From Cyanobacteria bacterium P01_A01_bin.123 (GTDB lineage Bacteria > Cyanobacteriota > Cyanobacteriia > Phormidesmidales > Phormidesmidaceae), in NCBI GenBank assembly GCA_039815185.1, contig JBCBZT010000004.1, positions 1 through 64,000 of the forward strand: a DNA stretch of 64,000 nucleotides, written 5' to 3'. Each line of letters begins with the position of its first letter. Position 1 is the stretch's first letter. The position numbers and the translations under genes are program-made. The notes under the pieces are model-generated. The model was not told the DNA's origin. It saw only the letters and a program-made list of their open reading frames with translations, and made no database searches. Positions 10,557 to 20,550 of this stretch are shown here, one piece after another.

Positions 10557-10772
10557 TTGCAGAGTGACTATCGGATTTTGATTTGCCGCAGCGATCGCCG
10601 CCCTGTCGCTGATCTTTATGAATTCAATCTAGTCCAACCAATCCCCCCAATACCAATTCCATTAATAGCAACAGAGGCAGAGCCGATACTTGAGTTGCAG
10701 CCTTTGCTCAATCGGGTCTATGAAAAGGGAAGATACCATATAGCGATCGATTATGAGCAGCCTTTGGTTTAA
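10557..10772 (+). pseudogene. C-terminal fragment of DUF4058-family protein
   Basis: SDYRILICR...ADLYEFNL..PIP.IPIPL...LELQPLLNRVYE..RY..AIDY matches the C-terminal third only. Confidence 0.6.
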
Positions 10773-11056
10773 GTCGGCAAATCGATTTTGATCAGTGCGA
10801 TCGATCTTCTCTTATCATCTCAAGCAACCTGCGATCGCATTCTTAACCGCATCCTAATCAATAGGCGATTGCAACATATTTCTGCTCAGCGCGATTGCCC
10901 AAATTACTCAAATCACGGGCTCCAGTTGACAGATTGATGAGTCGCGACGCATCCTACGAAGCGAGTGATCGCACTGTCGATCTAATAAGAGTTAGGCTGA
11001 GTTGACGTAGAGAAAGCATAATAAATAATGGTTAGACTTCCTCTCTCTATAGGCGC

Positions 11057-11353
11057 GTGGACTTCATGAAACAAGAACCTCATTTACTGAAAGAAGTCCA
11101 ACTTCCTCCTCCCCCTCCTCCCAAGCGACCTATAGCTGTGGGCTATGAAGACTATCCTTTCCACCCTAGCCTAACTCCAAGGGAAAGAGAAATACTTAGG
11201 CTCGCTGTAGCAAGATTAGACGATAAACAAATCTCACAGCGCTTACAAACTTCACTTCGAAATGTTAAGAAATACATCCTCCGTCTCCAAACGAAAACTG
11301 ATAGGTACAGTAAGGAATCTCCACTTAGCCATCTACTTAAAAACAGGTGCTGA
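11057..11353 (+). CDS. Stand-alone LuxR-type HTH protein
   Basis: LTPREREILRL...KQISQRLQTSLRNVKKYI. Confidence 0.65.
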   Translation: MDFMKQEPHLLKEVQLPPPPPPKRPIAVGYEDYPFHPSLTPREREILRLAVARLDDKQISQRLQTSLRNVKKYILRLQTKTDRYSKESPLSHLLKNRC

Positions 11354-11392
11354 TTGACTAGAAAGAGATTACTCTATCGCCTTTTGAGTCCA

Positions 11393-11530
11393 GTAGGTCG
11401 CGTTAGGTATTTATTCATCATGAATGACAAGGCACCGTAACACGCCGTTATTCAATGCGTTGGTGCGTTACGGCTGCTAGTCAAACATCGGCTATGTTTC
11501 GACAGATTATAGCCGCCTAACAAACCCTAC
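11393..11530. repeat. GTAG-type REP-like palindromic element
   Basis: GTAGGTCGCGTTAGG...CCGTAACACGCC...GGTGCGTTACGG...CCTAACAAACCCTAC nested imperfect inverted repeats. Confidence 0.6.
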
Positions 11531-11637
11531 CAGGTCATGAGATCGCACTGACGTTACCGGCAGCCGTGCTGACTGGAAACACCGTAGGGTTCGGATTCAA
11601 AAATATTGGCCGCCGCTCAGCTACACGTTATGCAGCC

Positions 11638-11744
11638 GTAGGTCAGGTTGAGGGACGAAACCTGACGCTGATTAAGCCACCTATAGTTTTTGTTGGGTTA
11701 CGCTGTTGCCTTTCTTGAATACCCCTTGGGCTATACCTAACTAC
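11638..11744. repeat. Second, degenerate GTAG REP-like element
   Basis: GTAGGTCAGGTTGAGGGACGAAACCTGAC...GTTGGGTTACG...ACCTAACTAC. Confidence 0.5.
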
Positions 11745-11758
11745 AAGAGCAGCGATCG

Positions 11759-13399
11759 CTAAATTGACTCGGGTTCTTTTCCAGAAACTACGGGTGCGGT
11801 GTTGTTCAATTTCAACTCTGGATGATCCATCGCCACTTGCTGACAGTTCCACTCATTACGGAACAGCAATACCGGACGACCCCAACTGTCTTTCACCGTG
11901 GCCGTGTTAAACAAACGACCGGCTTTTTCCAGCGCTTCCCAGCCGCCATCTACCCAGCGGGCAACGCTGAACCCTAGGGGTTCTAAAAGGGTTTCTACGT
12001 TGTATTCGTTTTTCAGCCGAAACTGCACCACTTCAAACTGGAGTTGCCCGACCGCTGCCAAGATTGGGTCGCGTTTGCTTTCATCGGCAGAGAACATAAT
12101 TTGCACTGCCCCTTCTTCTCGCAGTTCGGTGACGCCTTTGTGAAACTGCTTAAACTTGGACGGGTTGGGATTTTTAAGATAGGCAAACATCTCCGGAGAG
12201 AAGCAGGGAATGCCTTCATATTCCAGTTTTTTACCCTGGTAGATGGTGTCGCCAATGGCAAATGCACCGGGGTTGTTCAGACCAATTACGTCACCAGGGT
12301 AGGCTTCTTCTAAAGACTGTCGCCCCTGGGCAAACAATTTTTGAGGGTGGGAAAGACGCACGGATTTGCCTGAGCGGGCATGGCTGACCACCATATCTTT
12401 TTCAAACCTGCCAGAGCACACTCGAATAAAGGCAACGCGATCGCGATGCCTTGGATCCATATTGGCTTGGAGCTTGAACACAAATCCCGAAAAGTCTTCA
12501 TAGGTCGGATCAATTTTGCCTTGGGTGCTGTCCCGCCCCATCGGTTTAAGGCCATAGTCCAAAAACGATTCTAAAAATAGCTCCACACCAAAATTGGTCA
12601 TGGCGCTACCGAAGAACACAGGGGTCAGTTGCCCCCCATGAACCATCTCAAGGTCGAGGTCTTCGCCGAGCTCTTCAATCATCTCCAGCTCTTCTTTGAA
12701 CTGGTAGTAAAGGGCTTGATCGCCGATGATGTCTTCAATTCTGGGGTCACCCAGATTGATCACCGTGTCTTTGGCTTCGCGGCTACCGTGGGCTGTGCGT
12801 TCAAAGATATGGAACTGGCGTTTGCGCCGATCAAACACGCCCTTGAATTGGTCCCCCATGCCAATGGGCCAGTTGACGGCATAGGTCGCCAAGCCCAGCT
12901 CTTGTTCAATTTCATCCAAAAGGTCTAGCGGTTCGCGGGCGGGCCGATCCATCTTATTGAAGAAGGTGAAAATCGGCATCGATCGCATGCGACACACTTC
13001 AAACAGTTTGCGCGTTTGCGGTTCAAGCCCCTTCGCGGCATCTTCTAGCATGACCGCGTTGTCGGCGGCGGCTAGGGTGCGATAGGTGTCTTCACTAAAG
13101 TCTTGGTGTCCGGGGGTATCAAGCAGGTTGATCCAATAACCGTCGTAGTCAAACTGCAGCACCGTCGAGGTAATGGAGATACCCCGCTGCTGTTCCATTT
13201 CCATCCAATCTGAGGTGGCGTGGCGCTGGGCCCGGCGGGCTTTGACGGCTCCGGCTTCATGAATGGCTCCACCGTACAGCAGCAGCTTTTCTGTCAGCGT
13301 GGTTTTACCGGCGTCCGGGTGGGAAATAATGGCAAAGTTGCGGCGTTGTTCTACGGCGTCGGCGAGCTCTGCTGTTGAAATTGGAGTCGAAGTTGACAT
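11759..13399 (-). CDS. prfC: Peptide chain release factor 3
   Basis: [42 protein letters not shown]; start taken at MSTST. Confidence 0.97.
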   Translation of the reverse strand: MSTSTPISTAELADAVEQRRNFAIISHPDAGKTTLTEKLLLYGGAIHEAGAVKARRAQRHATSDWMEMEQQRGISITSTVLQFDYDGYWINLLDTPGHQDFSEDTYRTLAAADNAVMLEDAAKGLEPQTRKLFEVCRMRSMPIFTFFNKMDRPAREPLDLLDEIEQELGLATYAVNWPIGMGDQFKGVFDRRKRQFHIFERTAHGSREAKDTVINLGDPRIEDIIGDQALYYQFKEELEMIEELGEDLDLEMVHGGQLTPVFFGSAMTNFGVELFLESFLDYGLKPMGRDSTQGKIDPTYEDFSGFVFKLQANMDPRHRDRVAFIRVCSGRFEKDMVVSHARSGKSVRLSHPQKLFAQGRQSLEEAYPGDVIGLNNPGAFAIGDTIYQGKKLEYEGIPCFSPEMFAYLKNPNPSKFKQFHKGVTELREEGAVQIMFSADESKRDPILAAVGQLQFEVVQFRLKNEYNVETLLEPLGFSVARWVDGGWEALEKAGRLFNTATVKDSWGRPVLLFRNEWNCQQVAMDHPELKLNNTAPVVSGKEPESI

Positions 13400-13731
13400 A
13401 AAGCGGCATTGTCTCGGGAAGGATTCAATTTTAAACCCATTGCCCAAGGCACCGGGGGTTGATAACCGTCATCTTAAAGCTGCAATGGGGACAGGTAAAG
13501 TAACGCTGCTCAAATTGTAGAAGCCGAGGTTAGCTTTGAGCGCGATCGGGCCCTGAATTCTTATCATCCACATCGAGAAGATCTCGGGAAGGGTCACGAA
13601 CGATCAGAAATAAGCTCACAGAGAAGTGTGCCGAGGATCACAACAAGAGGCTTGTAATAGTTCTAAGCGAGCTTGTAGTCCTTTATAGACAAAAACAAAG
13701 CCCTCCAAGACAGAGCAAGGAATATTACCCC

Positions 13732-13914
13732 ATGCAGTTCCGTGACCAGCGATTCGACGACAATCCCGACTCCGGCATTAGCTTATTTCCCAAGCAGCAA
13801 AGGGGCAACGGTGCTCCGAAAAAGCCCAGACGAAAGACCTTATCCCGACGCATGTTTGCCTACTGGGCTATGGTAGACGGACAAATGACCTGCCTATGGG
13901 AGTGGGATCGGTAA
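13732..13914 (+). CDS. Putative 60-aa small protein
   Basis: AAGGA upstream; C-terminal WAMVDGQMTCLWEW beta-hairpin-like motif; fills the intergenic gap up to the convergent ACT gene. Confidence 0.45.
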   Translation: MQFRDQRFDDNPDSGISLFPKQQRGNGAPKKPRRKTLSRRMFAYWAMVDGQMTCLWEWDR

Positions 13915-13916
13915 CC

Positions 13917-14384
13917 CTAGACCGTAATCGATGACATCACCACATCTTCTAACTGGTGAGTTTGACGTAATTTGGCGATCGCGGTGTCTACAGCGATCGT
14001 CTTGCCGCTGAACAAGACTATTTTGTGGGTCTCACCTTGGGCGATCGCATCGTAGTCTACCGTAGCTGCTAACTCAGACAGATTGGCCCCAGACGTGAGT
14101 TTAGCAACTGCGATCGCCCGCAGGCGTTCATCCTCATAGGGATAGACTTTGACTCGGGATACTGAAGAGAGCCGCTCTAGGGCCCGTCGCAACAACGTCT
14201 GCTTGGCTTCGGTGGCACTAAATCGCAAAATCAGGCGCCCATTTTCAATTGTGGTCATGGCAATACCGCTGCCCAGAATTGATTCTAGAGACACCCCCCG
14301 ATTAGAAAATACTGCCGCCACTGCGGTTAGCGTACCGGGTTTGTCCAATGCCCGCACTACAAATACCCATCGTTGTTCAGCCAC
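13917..14384 (-). CDS. ACT-domain protein (IlvH-like)
   Basis: DKPGTLTAVAAVFSNRGVSLESI. Confidence 0.8.
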   Translation of the reverse strand: MAEQRWVFVVRALDKPGTLTAVAAVFSNRGVSLESILGSGIAMTTIENGRLILRFSATEAKQTLLRRALERLSSVSRVKVYPYEDERLRAIAVAKLTSGANLSELAATVDYDAIAQGETHKIVLFSGKTIAVDTAIAKLRQTHQLEDVVMSSITV

Positions 14385-15432
14385 GTTGTAGATCCTCCTT
14401 GAGGCGCTGATTAAGCTGTTCGGCCATCTGCTTTAGCAGGATCTCTTCGTCGTTGGAGAGATCGAGGTTTACGACCTGGGTCCACCCCGATGGTGTCACC
14501 ACAATCGGCACCCCTAAGGGGATGCGAATCCCGTAGAATTCGCCGTCTAGCTGTACCTGGCCAGATACGACAATTTCTCGCCCTTCCAGCAAATTTTGGA
14601 CTAAATCCACCGTGACATTAGCTGTAGCGGTAATGGTCTTGGCCCCAGACAGATGGGTGACATAGGGTTTGAGCACGACCCGTAAATCAGGGGGTAGGCT
14701 ATCCACGTAAGCGTAAGCTTGGGGAATTTGGCCTTGTTTGAGTAATGCCATCACGGCTTGCTTTTCGTGGTTGACCGTTGCTGGAAACTCAGTGATGGAG
14801 CGGCCTCGCTGCAGGCGATCGCGTACGGTTTTCAACTCTTCTGGCTTCATGCTGTGAATCTGGACGCTGCTCCATAGGGGCACCATACCCTCGCCATGCT
14901 CCCCAATCACAAACCCCTGCACCAACTGTCGCCGCACGCCTAAATCAGCCGCAATTTCCCGTCGGAACCGCAGGGAGTCTGAATAAGCGCCCACGCCGAT
15001 GACCCGGTGGCGACCCAAATGGCGGCTAAACACTTCCACTGCGAGTTCCACTGGGTTTGTCACAACAATCACCACTTCGTGACCGTAGCCATGACGCGCG
15101 ATCGCCTCGGCATAGCTTTCAAAAATCGCTAAATTCACTGCCGAGAGTTCTGCTCTGGAAGTAATCGAACCGCCCACGGTTGCGCCAGCAGCCATGACGA
15201 TCACATCGGCCACAATGTCGTCGGGTGAGAGGGCAACGTCCAAAATCGGCGCTTGTTCAGCATAGGCATCGTTCAAATCGCTGCACAGGCCATACAAAAT
15301 TTGGCTGCTGCGTCCACTGGCGCGTCCAACAACCTGCAAGCGCTCAGTCGGGTTGAGCACGCGCAAGGCCACCAGTTGAGCCACAATCTCTCGGCCACAA
15401 TCGCCACTGGCCCCGATCACAGATACATCCAT
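14377..15432 (-). CDS. Lactate/malate dehydrogenase-family protein
   Basis: VIGASGDCG, VVTNPVE, DSLRFR, VIGEHGEG. Confidence 0.88.
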   Translation of the reverse strand: MDVSVIGASGDCGREIVAQLVALRVLNPTERLQVVGRASGRSSQILYGLCSDLNDAYAEQAPILDVALSPDDIVADVIVMAAGATVGGSITSRAELSAVNLAIFESYAEAIARHGYGHEVVIVVTNPVELAVEVFSRHLGRHRVIGVGAYSDSLRFRREIAADLGVRRQLVQGFVIGEHGEGMVPLWSSVQIHSMKPEELKTVRDRLQRGRSITEFPATVNHEKQAVMALLKQGQIPQAYAYVDSLPPDLRVVLKPYVTHLSGAKTITATANVTVDLVQNLLEGREIVVSGQVQLDGEFYGIRIPLGVPIVVTPSGWTQVVNLDLSNDEEILLKQMAEQLNQRLKEDLQRG

Positions 15433-15498
15433 GGGCTGCTTTGTGATTCGACAGGTTTAGTAAATCATGAATAACTCAGCAATTTTGGTGGCATCGCA

Positions 15499-16344
15499 TT
15501 ACAGGTTTTCTAACCACTGGGTTAAATCTGCGACCGATTCAAACGTCAGCAGTGCTTCACCTAAATTTTCCAACTGTTCTAAAGGGAGCTGTTCGATCTG
15601 TGATCGTAGGACTTCAGGGATTTCGCCCACTTTAAGCATGAGCAGACGCAAAATCAGCGATCGCCCTTCTTCGACTCGACCTTCGACTCGACCTTCGACT
15701 CGACCTTCGACTCGACCTTCGGCCCTAATCCCTTGATAAACAGATGATTCACGCATCATTTCCGCCTGCAATATTTGCTTAACCAGTCCCTCTTCTAATA
15801 CTAACCCCGCCAAAATTGCTGCAGATGCAGCGACATTGCTCTGGGTGCGCCGATCTTGAATATCTCCGATAGTAGCTGCTACTTGCCGCAAGGTTTCTGC
15901 CCGGTTAACGGTTTGGCTCAACACAGCGAAAGGTAACAGTCCTGGCGCTCTGAGAAATAGATCTAGCGGTTGTTCCCACAGCCGAATCACACTAAATGTG
16001 TGGTAGGTGTTGGGAATTTCAAAGGTAGTTTGATGTACCAAAGGTGAACCACTGGGTTGCAAATAGACAACCACTTGTCGCATCGATTTATCTGGGAAAC
16101 GCCGATATACTCGCAAGCGGTAATCCAACATGCGAAACCCAATATCTGCATCGGGTCGAGTCTGGAATTCTACATGAAGAACGATTTGCTCCGACTGCAG
16201 CAGCATGAGCGAATCGGCCCGAATGGGTTCAAGCAGCAGCTCTGACGGACTCAGTTTGCTCAGAGCAACCGCTTCGCCCAGAAGCCAGCTAGCCAGGTCT
16301 TCAGAAAAGGTTTCGGCAAGGAATTTGCATACGTTATCAAACAT
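15499..16344 (-). CDS. Rpn-family PD-(D/E)xK protein with DUF4351 C-terminus
   Basis: PIRADSL...LHVEFQT; EGRV repeats; LEQLENLGEALLTF...WL. Confidence 0.88.
   Translation of the reverse strand: MFDNVCKFLAETFSEDLASWLLGEAVALSKLSPSELLLEPIRADSLMLLQSEQIVLHVEFQTRPDADIGFRMLDYRLRVYRRFPDKSMRQVVVYLQPSGSPLVHQTTFEIPNTYHTFSVIRLWEQPLDLFLRAPGLLPFAVLSQTVNRAETLRQVAATIGDIQDRRTQSNVAASAAILAGLVLEEGLVKQILQAEMMRESSVYQGIRAEGRVEGRVEGRVEGRVEEGRSLILRLLMLKVGEIPEVLRSQIEQLPLEQLENLGEALLTFESVADLTQWLENL
15669..15720. repeat. 12-bp tandem repeat (CTTCGACTCGAC)x4 encoding EGRV
   Basis: Seen directly in sequence. Confidence 0.85.
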
Positions 16345-16498
16345 GGCCGAGATTGTATCAGTATCCGGTGAGAGTTCGATGGGCGTTGCCTGGATGGAAT
16401 AGTCTCTAGTAGACTCTGGCCCTTGCAGTTGAGAGTGGCCTACACAATGCCGTACAGTCTGTCACAATCGAAAGGAGTTTTCTCCGTTCTTTGTATCA

Positions 16499-17932
16499 GT
16501 GACTTCTACTGCTAATCTCACCCGCCAAGCTGCTTGGGCTGGCGCGATCGCCCAACCCGCCCCTGAATTCTCCCCAACACCGTTGTCTGTGCTAGAAGGG
16601 GCCATCCCCGACGGTCTAAGAGGCTCGCTATATCGCAATGGCCCGGGGCGTTTACACCGGGGCGATCGTCGAGTCGGCCACTGGTTTGACGGTGACGGGG
16701 CGATTTTGGCAGTTCACTTCACCAATGGGGGAGCCACTGGAGTTTATCGCTATGTGCAATCGGCAGGCTATGCAGATGAGCAGGCTGCCGATCAGTTCCT
16801 CTATAGTGGCTACGGTACGCTAGCACCGGGGCCAATCTGGCAACGGTGGAAAGCTCAGCTCAAAAATGCAGCCAACACCTCTGTATTGGCCTTACCGGAT
16901 AAATTGCTGGCGCTGTGGGAAGCGGGCCATCCCCACCAGCTCGATTTGCAATCCCTAGAAACCCACGGTCTGGATGATTTGGGCGATCTTTCACCGAACT
17001 GCACCTACTCTGCCCATCCTAAACGGGATGCCGCCACGGGCGAGATTTACAACTTTGGCCTCGTGTCTGGAGCTAACGCGACGCTTAATCTTTATCGCAG
17101 CGATCGCAGCGGCAAAATCCAGAACAAAGCCGATATTCCCCTCAACGGTATTCCGCTAATTCATGATTTTGTGTTGGCAGGGCCATACCTGGTCTTTTGT
17201 GTCCCCCCGGTACGGATGAATGCGCTACCTGCAGTGTTTGGCCTGAGCAGCTTTAGCGATGCCCTAATGTGGCAGCCCAAGCATGGCACCCAAATTGTGG
17301 TGGTCGAGCGCGACAGTTTTGACGTGGTGAGTTGGGGAGAAACTGATCCTTGGTACCAATGGCACTTTGGCAAGGGCTATCAAGATTTTGACGGCAATGT
17401 GGTGTTAGACGTGGTGCGCTACGACGACTTCAAAACCAACCAGTTTTTGAAAGAAGTAGCCACAGGCGAAGTTTCAACTGAAGCCCCCAGCCAGCTTTGG
17501 CAAATTCGGATTAATCCCCAAACGGGGAAGGTTTTAGATCAACAAACTCTGGTTGATCGCCAATGCGAGTATCCCGTTGTGCCTGAGCAAACCAGCGATC
17601 GCGATTTAGCCCCCACGTATCTGTCAGTGCATAGCCATACAGATCGCCCCAACACCGAACTGTTTAACGCGATTGCTAAATTTGACCCGGCTACAAGCAG
17701 TCTTACGATCGCCAGCGCTGGAGAACAGTGGTATCCATCGGAGCCAATCTATGCCCGCGATCGCGGCGATGCTAGCAAAGGCTGGGTGCTCACTGTCGTC
17801 TATGACAGCAACGCTCATCAAAGCGAGGTTTGGATCTACGATTGCGATCGCTTGGCAGATTCCCCGGTCTGCCGCCTGGCGTTGCCCAATGTCATTCCCC
17901 ATAGTTTTCATGGCACCTGGCAAGACGCCTAG
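16499..17932 (+). CDS. Carotenoid cleavage oxygenase (RPE65 family)
   Basis: LYRNGPG, HWFDGDG, AHPK, IHDF, SEPIY, FHGTW. Confidence 0.92.
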   Translation: MTSTANLTRQAAWAGAIAQPAPEFSPTPLSVLEGAIPDGLRGSLYRNGPGRLHRGDRRVGHWFDGDGAILAVHFTNGGATGVYRYVQSAGYADEQAADQFLYSGYGTLAPGPIWQRWKAQLKNAANTSVLALPDKLLALWEAGHPHQLDLQSLETHGLDDLGDLSPNCTYSAHPKRDAATGEIYNFGLVSGANATLNLYRSDRSGKIQNKADIPLNGIPLIHDFVLAGPYLVFCVPPVRMNALPAVFGLSSFSDALMWQPKHGTQIVVVERDSFDVVSWGETDPWYQWHFGKGYQDFDGNVVLDVVRYDDFKTNQFLKEVATGEVSTEAPSQLWQIRINPQTGKVLDQQTLVDRQCEYPVVPEQTSDRDLAPTYLSVHSHTDRPNTELFNAIAKFDPATSSLTIASAGEQWYPSEPIYARDRGDASKGWVLTVVYDSNAHQSEVWIYDCDRLADSPVCRLALPNVIPHSFHGTWQDA

Positions 17933-18036
17933 TTATCAACAGGTACCTATCCGTGTACTATCCTCAGTTGGCAATGCAGAATACACTATGAGCGGTATCT
18001 TTGCGATCTTGAACCATTTCAACGGCGCTGCCATCT

Positions 18037-19491
18037 ATGTCTCTGGACATCAACCTACTCAATTTAGGGTCAGATTCTGCCGAACGTGACATTACCGTCG
18101 GTCTATCAGAATATTTTTATCAAAATTCGACTTATCACAAGTTTTTCAACAGTGGCAAAACCATCCTGGTTGGTAATCGCGGTTCTGGCAAAAGCGCCAT
18201 CTTTAAGTACATGGCAGCTCTAGAAGCCCGAAAAGGCAATCTAGTAATCGAACTCTCCCCCGAAGAATACTCCTACGAACTGCTCTCGGAATATCTCCGT
18301 AGTGAGAAGGACGGCTCTTGGGGCAAGCAAAGTGCCTATTCAGTAGCTTGGCAATACTTGCTCTACAATTTAATCTTCAAAAAGATCGTAGATGAGAAGC
18401 GGGGGCTATTGCTAGGATCCCAAAAAGATATTTACACCTATGTCCGTAATCACTTGGAGAGTCAAGATCTTAACTCCATCGGCATTCTCTTTAGCTATTT
18501 GAAGCGGCTAGAGCAAATCAAACTCGATAGTCGTGAAAGTCTGCAAAAATCCCGAGAATTGCAGTCGCTCTATAGCTTAGAGGAAATCAAGGACTTGCTC
18601 ATCAGCCTCAAGAAAATTCTTAAAAAAATCCGAGTCAAAATCTTTATCGATGAACTTGATAAAGGCTGGGATAATTCAGAGGATGCTAAGTATTTTTTGG
18701 CAGGACTCTTTCAAGCAGCCCAAAAGTTAAATCTAATTAGTCAGAACCTTTGCATCTATATTTCTATCCGCCAGGAGCTATTTGATAATATTCCTCAAAT
18801 CTATGAAGATGCTCAGAAAATTCGAGAAGATGTTGAAGTGATTCGCTGGGGTAAAAATGAATTGCTCGAATTGATTGGTCTCCGCATCGCCCATTGTTTC
18901 CCAGAATTGCAAAAGCAGGGGGCGCTGAAACGATGGAACGCGATTTTTGCGGCCTACTTATCTGTAAAAGATGAAGCATCGGTAGATTATATTATCGATC
19001 GCACCCAATTTCGCCCCAGGGAACTGCTGCAATTTTGTAAGCTCTGCATTGAATTCTTCTCAAGGGGGAAGCGGATTGAAGAACCGACAATTTTTGCCGC
19101 AGAGGAGGTCTTCTCAGAGCAAAAAATTAAAGATCTAGCCTCAGAATATCGATTTAAGTATCCCTATCTTTTAGATTTGTTTGAGGTATTTAGGGGCCGC
19201 AAAAGCCACCTTGAGAAGCAGGAATTGGAATATCTTTTGTTGGCAACCGTATGTGGTGAACTTGACGTGGATCGGGCAGCAGATTGGGTGCTTGACATGG
19301 ACTATCTAGAGTTGAAGAAGCTACTTTGGCACATTGGATTTCTCAAGGCTAAAGTGCCGAGACAAACGGGGCAAGCTTCAACGCGGAATAGCTACTTTGG
19401 TCATTACGAGCTACCCACCATCAATCTAGAAAATGTTGAATATTTTTGTGTTCATCCAGCTTTTCGCTATTTCTTAAGCCTGAAAGCTTGA
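18037..19491 (+). CDS. P-loop ATPase (Sll1717-like family)
   Basis: Walker A GNRGSGKS, Walker B IFIDELD, DRTQFRPRELL, terminal VHPAF. Confidence 0.78.
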   Translation: MSLDINLLNLGSDSAERDITVGLSEYFYQNSTYHKFFNSGKTILVGNRGSGKSAIFKYMAALEARKGNLVIELSPEEYSYELLSEYLRSEKDGSWGKQSAYSVAWQYLLYNLIFKKIVDEKRGLLLGSQKDIYTYVRNHLESQDLNSIGILFSYLKRLEQIKLDSRESLQKSRELQSLYSLEEIKDLLISLKKILKKIRVKIFIDELDKGWDNSEDAKYFLAGLFQAAQKLNLISQNLCIYISIRQELFDNIPQIYEDAQKIREDVEVIRWGKNELLELIGLRIAHCFPELQKQGALKRWNAIFAAYLSVKDEASVDYIIDRTQFRPRELLQFCKLCIEFFSRGKRIEEPTIFAAEEVFSEQKIKDLASEYRFKYPYLLDLFEVFRGRKSHLEKQELEYLLLATVCGELDVDRAADWVLDMDYLELKKLLWHIGFLKAKVPRQTGQASTRNSYFGHYELPTINLENVEYFCVHPAFRYFLSLKA

Positions 19492-19543
19492 GCTGAGACC
19501 GACTGGGCTGATAAATTCTAATTTTCTCTTTAATCCAAGCGTT

Positions 19544-20389
19544 ATGGTCTGGCATCTCCCTAAAGTTACACGGCGATTGGAAAAAGTGGTTCAGCGGATT
19601 CCCACTTGGTTGGTGGTGCTGGTGTCGGTGGTTTGTCTGGCCGCGATCGCGCTTTGGGTGCAAGAAGACGTGATTGTGCGTGCCCCCCAAGATCTAATGC
19701 AGCGCGAGACGCTAAAAATCTTTTTTGACAATGCTGAATCCTTTGCCATTGTGGCAGCGGTAATTCTTTACTTTAAGGGCGCACCTGACCGCAAAGCCCA
19801 AAAGCATTACGAAGCCTGGCGCATCATTGACAATGCCGCTATGGCTAAAGTTTCTACCAGCTACGCTCGGTTTCAGGCCCTGCAAGATTTACATCGAGAT
19901 GGGGTGCCGCTGCGATCGCTAGAAGCGCCTGGTGCAAATTTGGTGAAGATAAATCTGCCAGAAGCCAACCTGAATGAGGCCAATCTTCAAGGGGCCGATC
20001 TACGGGAGGCTTGCCTACATCACAGTGACTTGAGTCGTGCAAACTTAAGGGGGACTAATCTCCAAACGACTAATTTGAAAGGGGCAAATCTGCGGGGGGT
20101 GAATCTCCAGCGAGCTAACTTAAGGGATACCAACCTGATCGGGGCCGATCTACGAGATGCCAATTTAAAGGGCGCTAATCTACGTGGCGCTGAACTTTGG
20201 AAAACCCAATTTCTGGGGGCAGATTTGACCGATGCTGATCTCAAATGGGCTGAGCTACAGGGGGTAGAACTCCATGGCGCAAAACTCCATCGAACCATTA
20301 TGCCCGACGGTCGAGTCGAACATCGAGCGATGGAATTTTGGAGTGATGGTTCTGCTGGGCCGATTTCTGACCGTCGAATTGAGTTGTGA
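19544..20389 (+). CDS. Membrane-anchored pentapeptide repeat protein
   Basis: Two hydrophobic segments followed by A(N/D)LxG repeats. Confidence 0.9.
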   Translation: MVWHLPKVTRRLEKVVQRIPTWLVVLVSVVCLAAIALWVQEDVIVRAPQDLMQRETLKIFFDNAESFAIVAAVILYFKGAPDRKAQKHYEAWRIIDNAAMAKVSTSYARFQALQDLHRDGVPLRSLEAPGANLVKINLPEANLNEANLQGADLREACLHHSDLSRANLRGTNLQTTNLKGANLRGVNLQRANLRDTNLIGADLRDANLKGANLRGAELWKTQFLGADLTDADLKWAELQGVELHGAKLHRTIMPDGRVEHRAMEFWSDGSAGPISDRRIEL

Positions 20390-20550
20390 ATATGGGGCGA
20401 TTACGCCTCATGAACCCGGGTAATCCATCAACGCAAATCGTGATGGCAGACACAGTTGACGCCCTTGACTGTGGAGTATGACTATACAAATCTAAACAAT
20501 TTTACGTTTTTCAAATTGTCTATCCCCATTGTTGCTAATCAGGTGTTCCT

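Noticed and set aside
10773..10990. Cluster of HIP1-like words as an ncRNA
   Set aside because: No supportable structure; consistent with HIP1-derived intergenic filler.
11759..13399. Functional link between prfC and the nearby recoding candidates
   Set aside because: Core gene about 8-10 kb away; proximity alone is not evidence.
20390..20550. TPP riboswitch upstream of the NMT1/THI5-like gene
   Set aside because: No GCTGAGA or other TPP core motifs seen.
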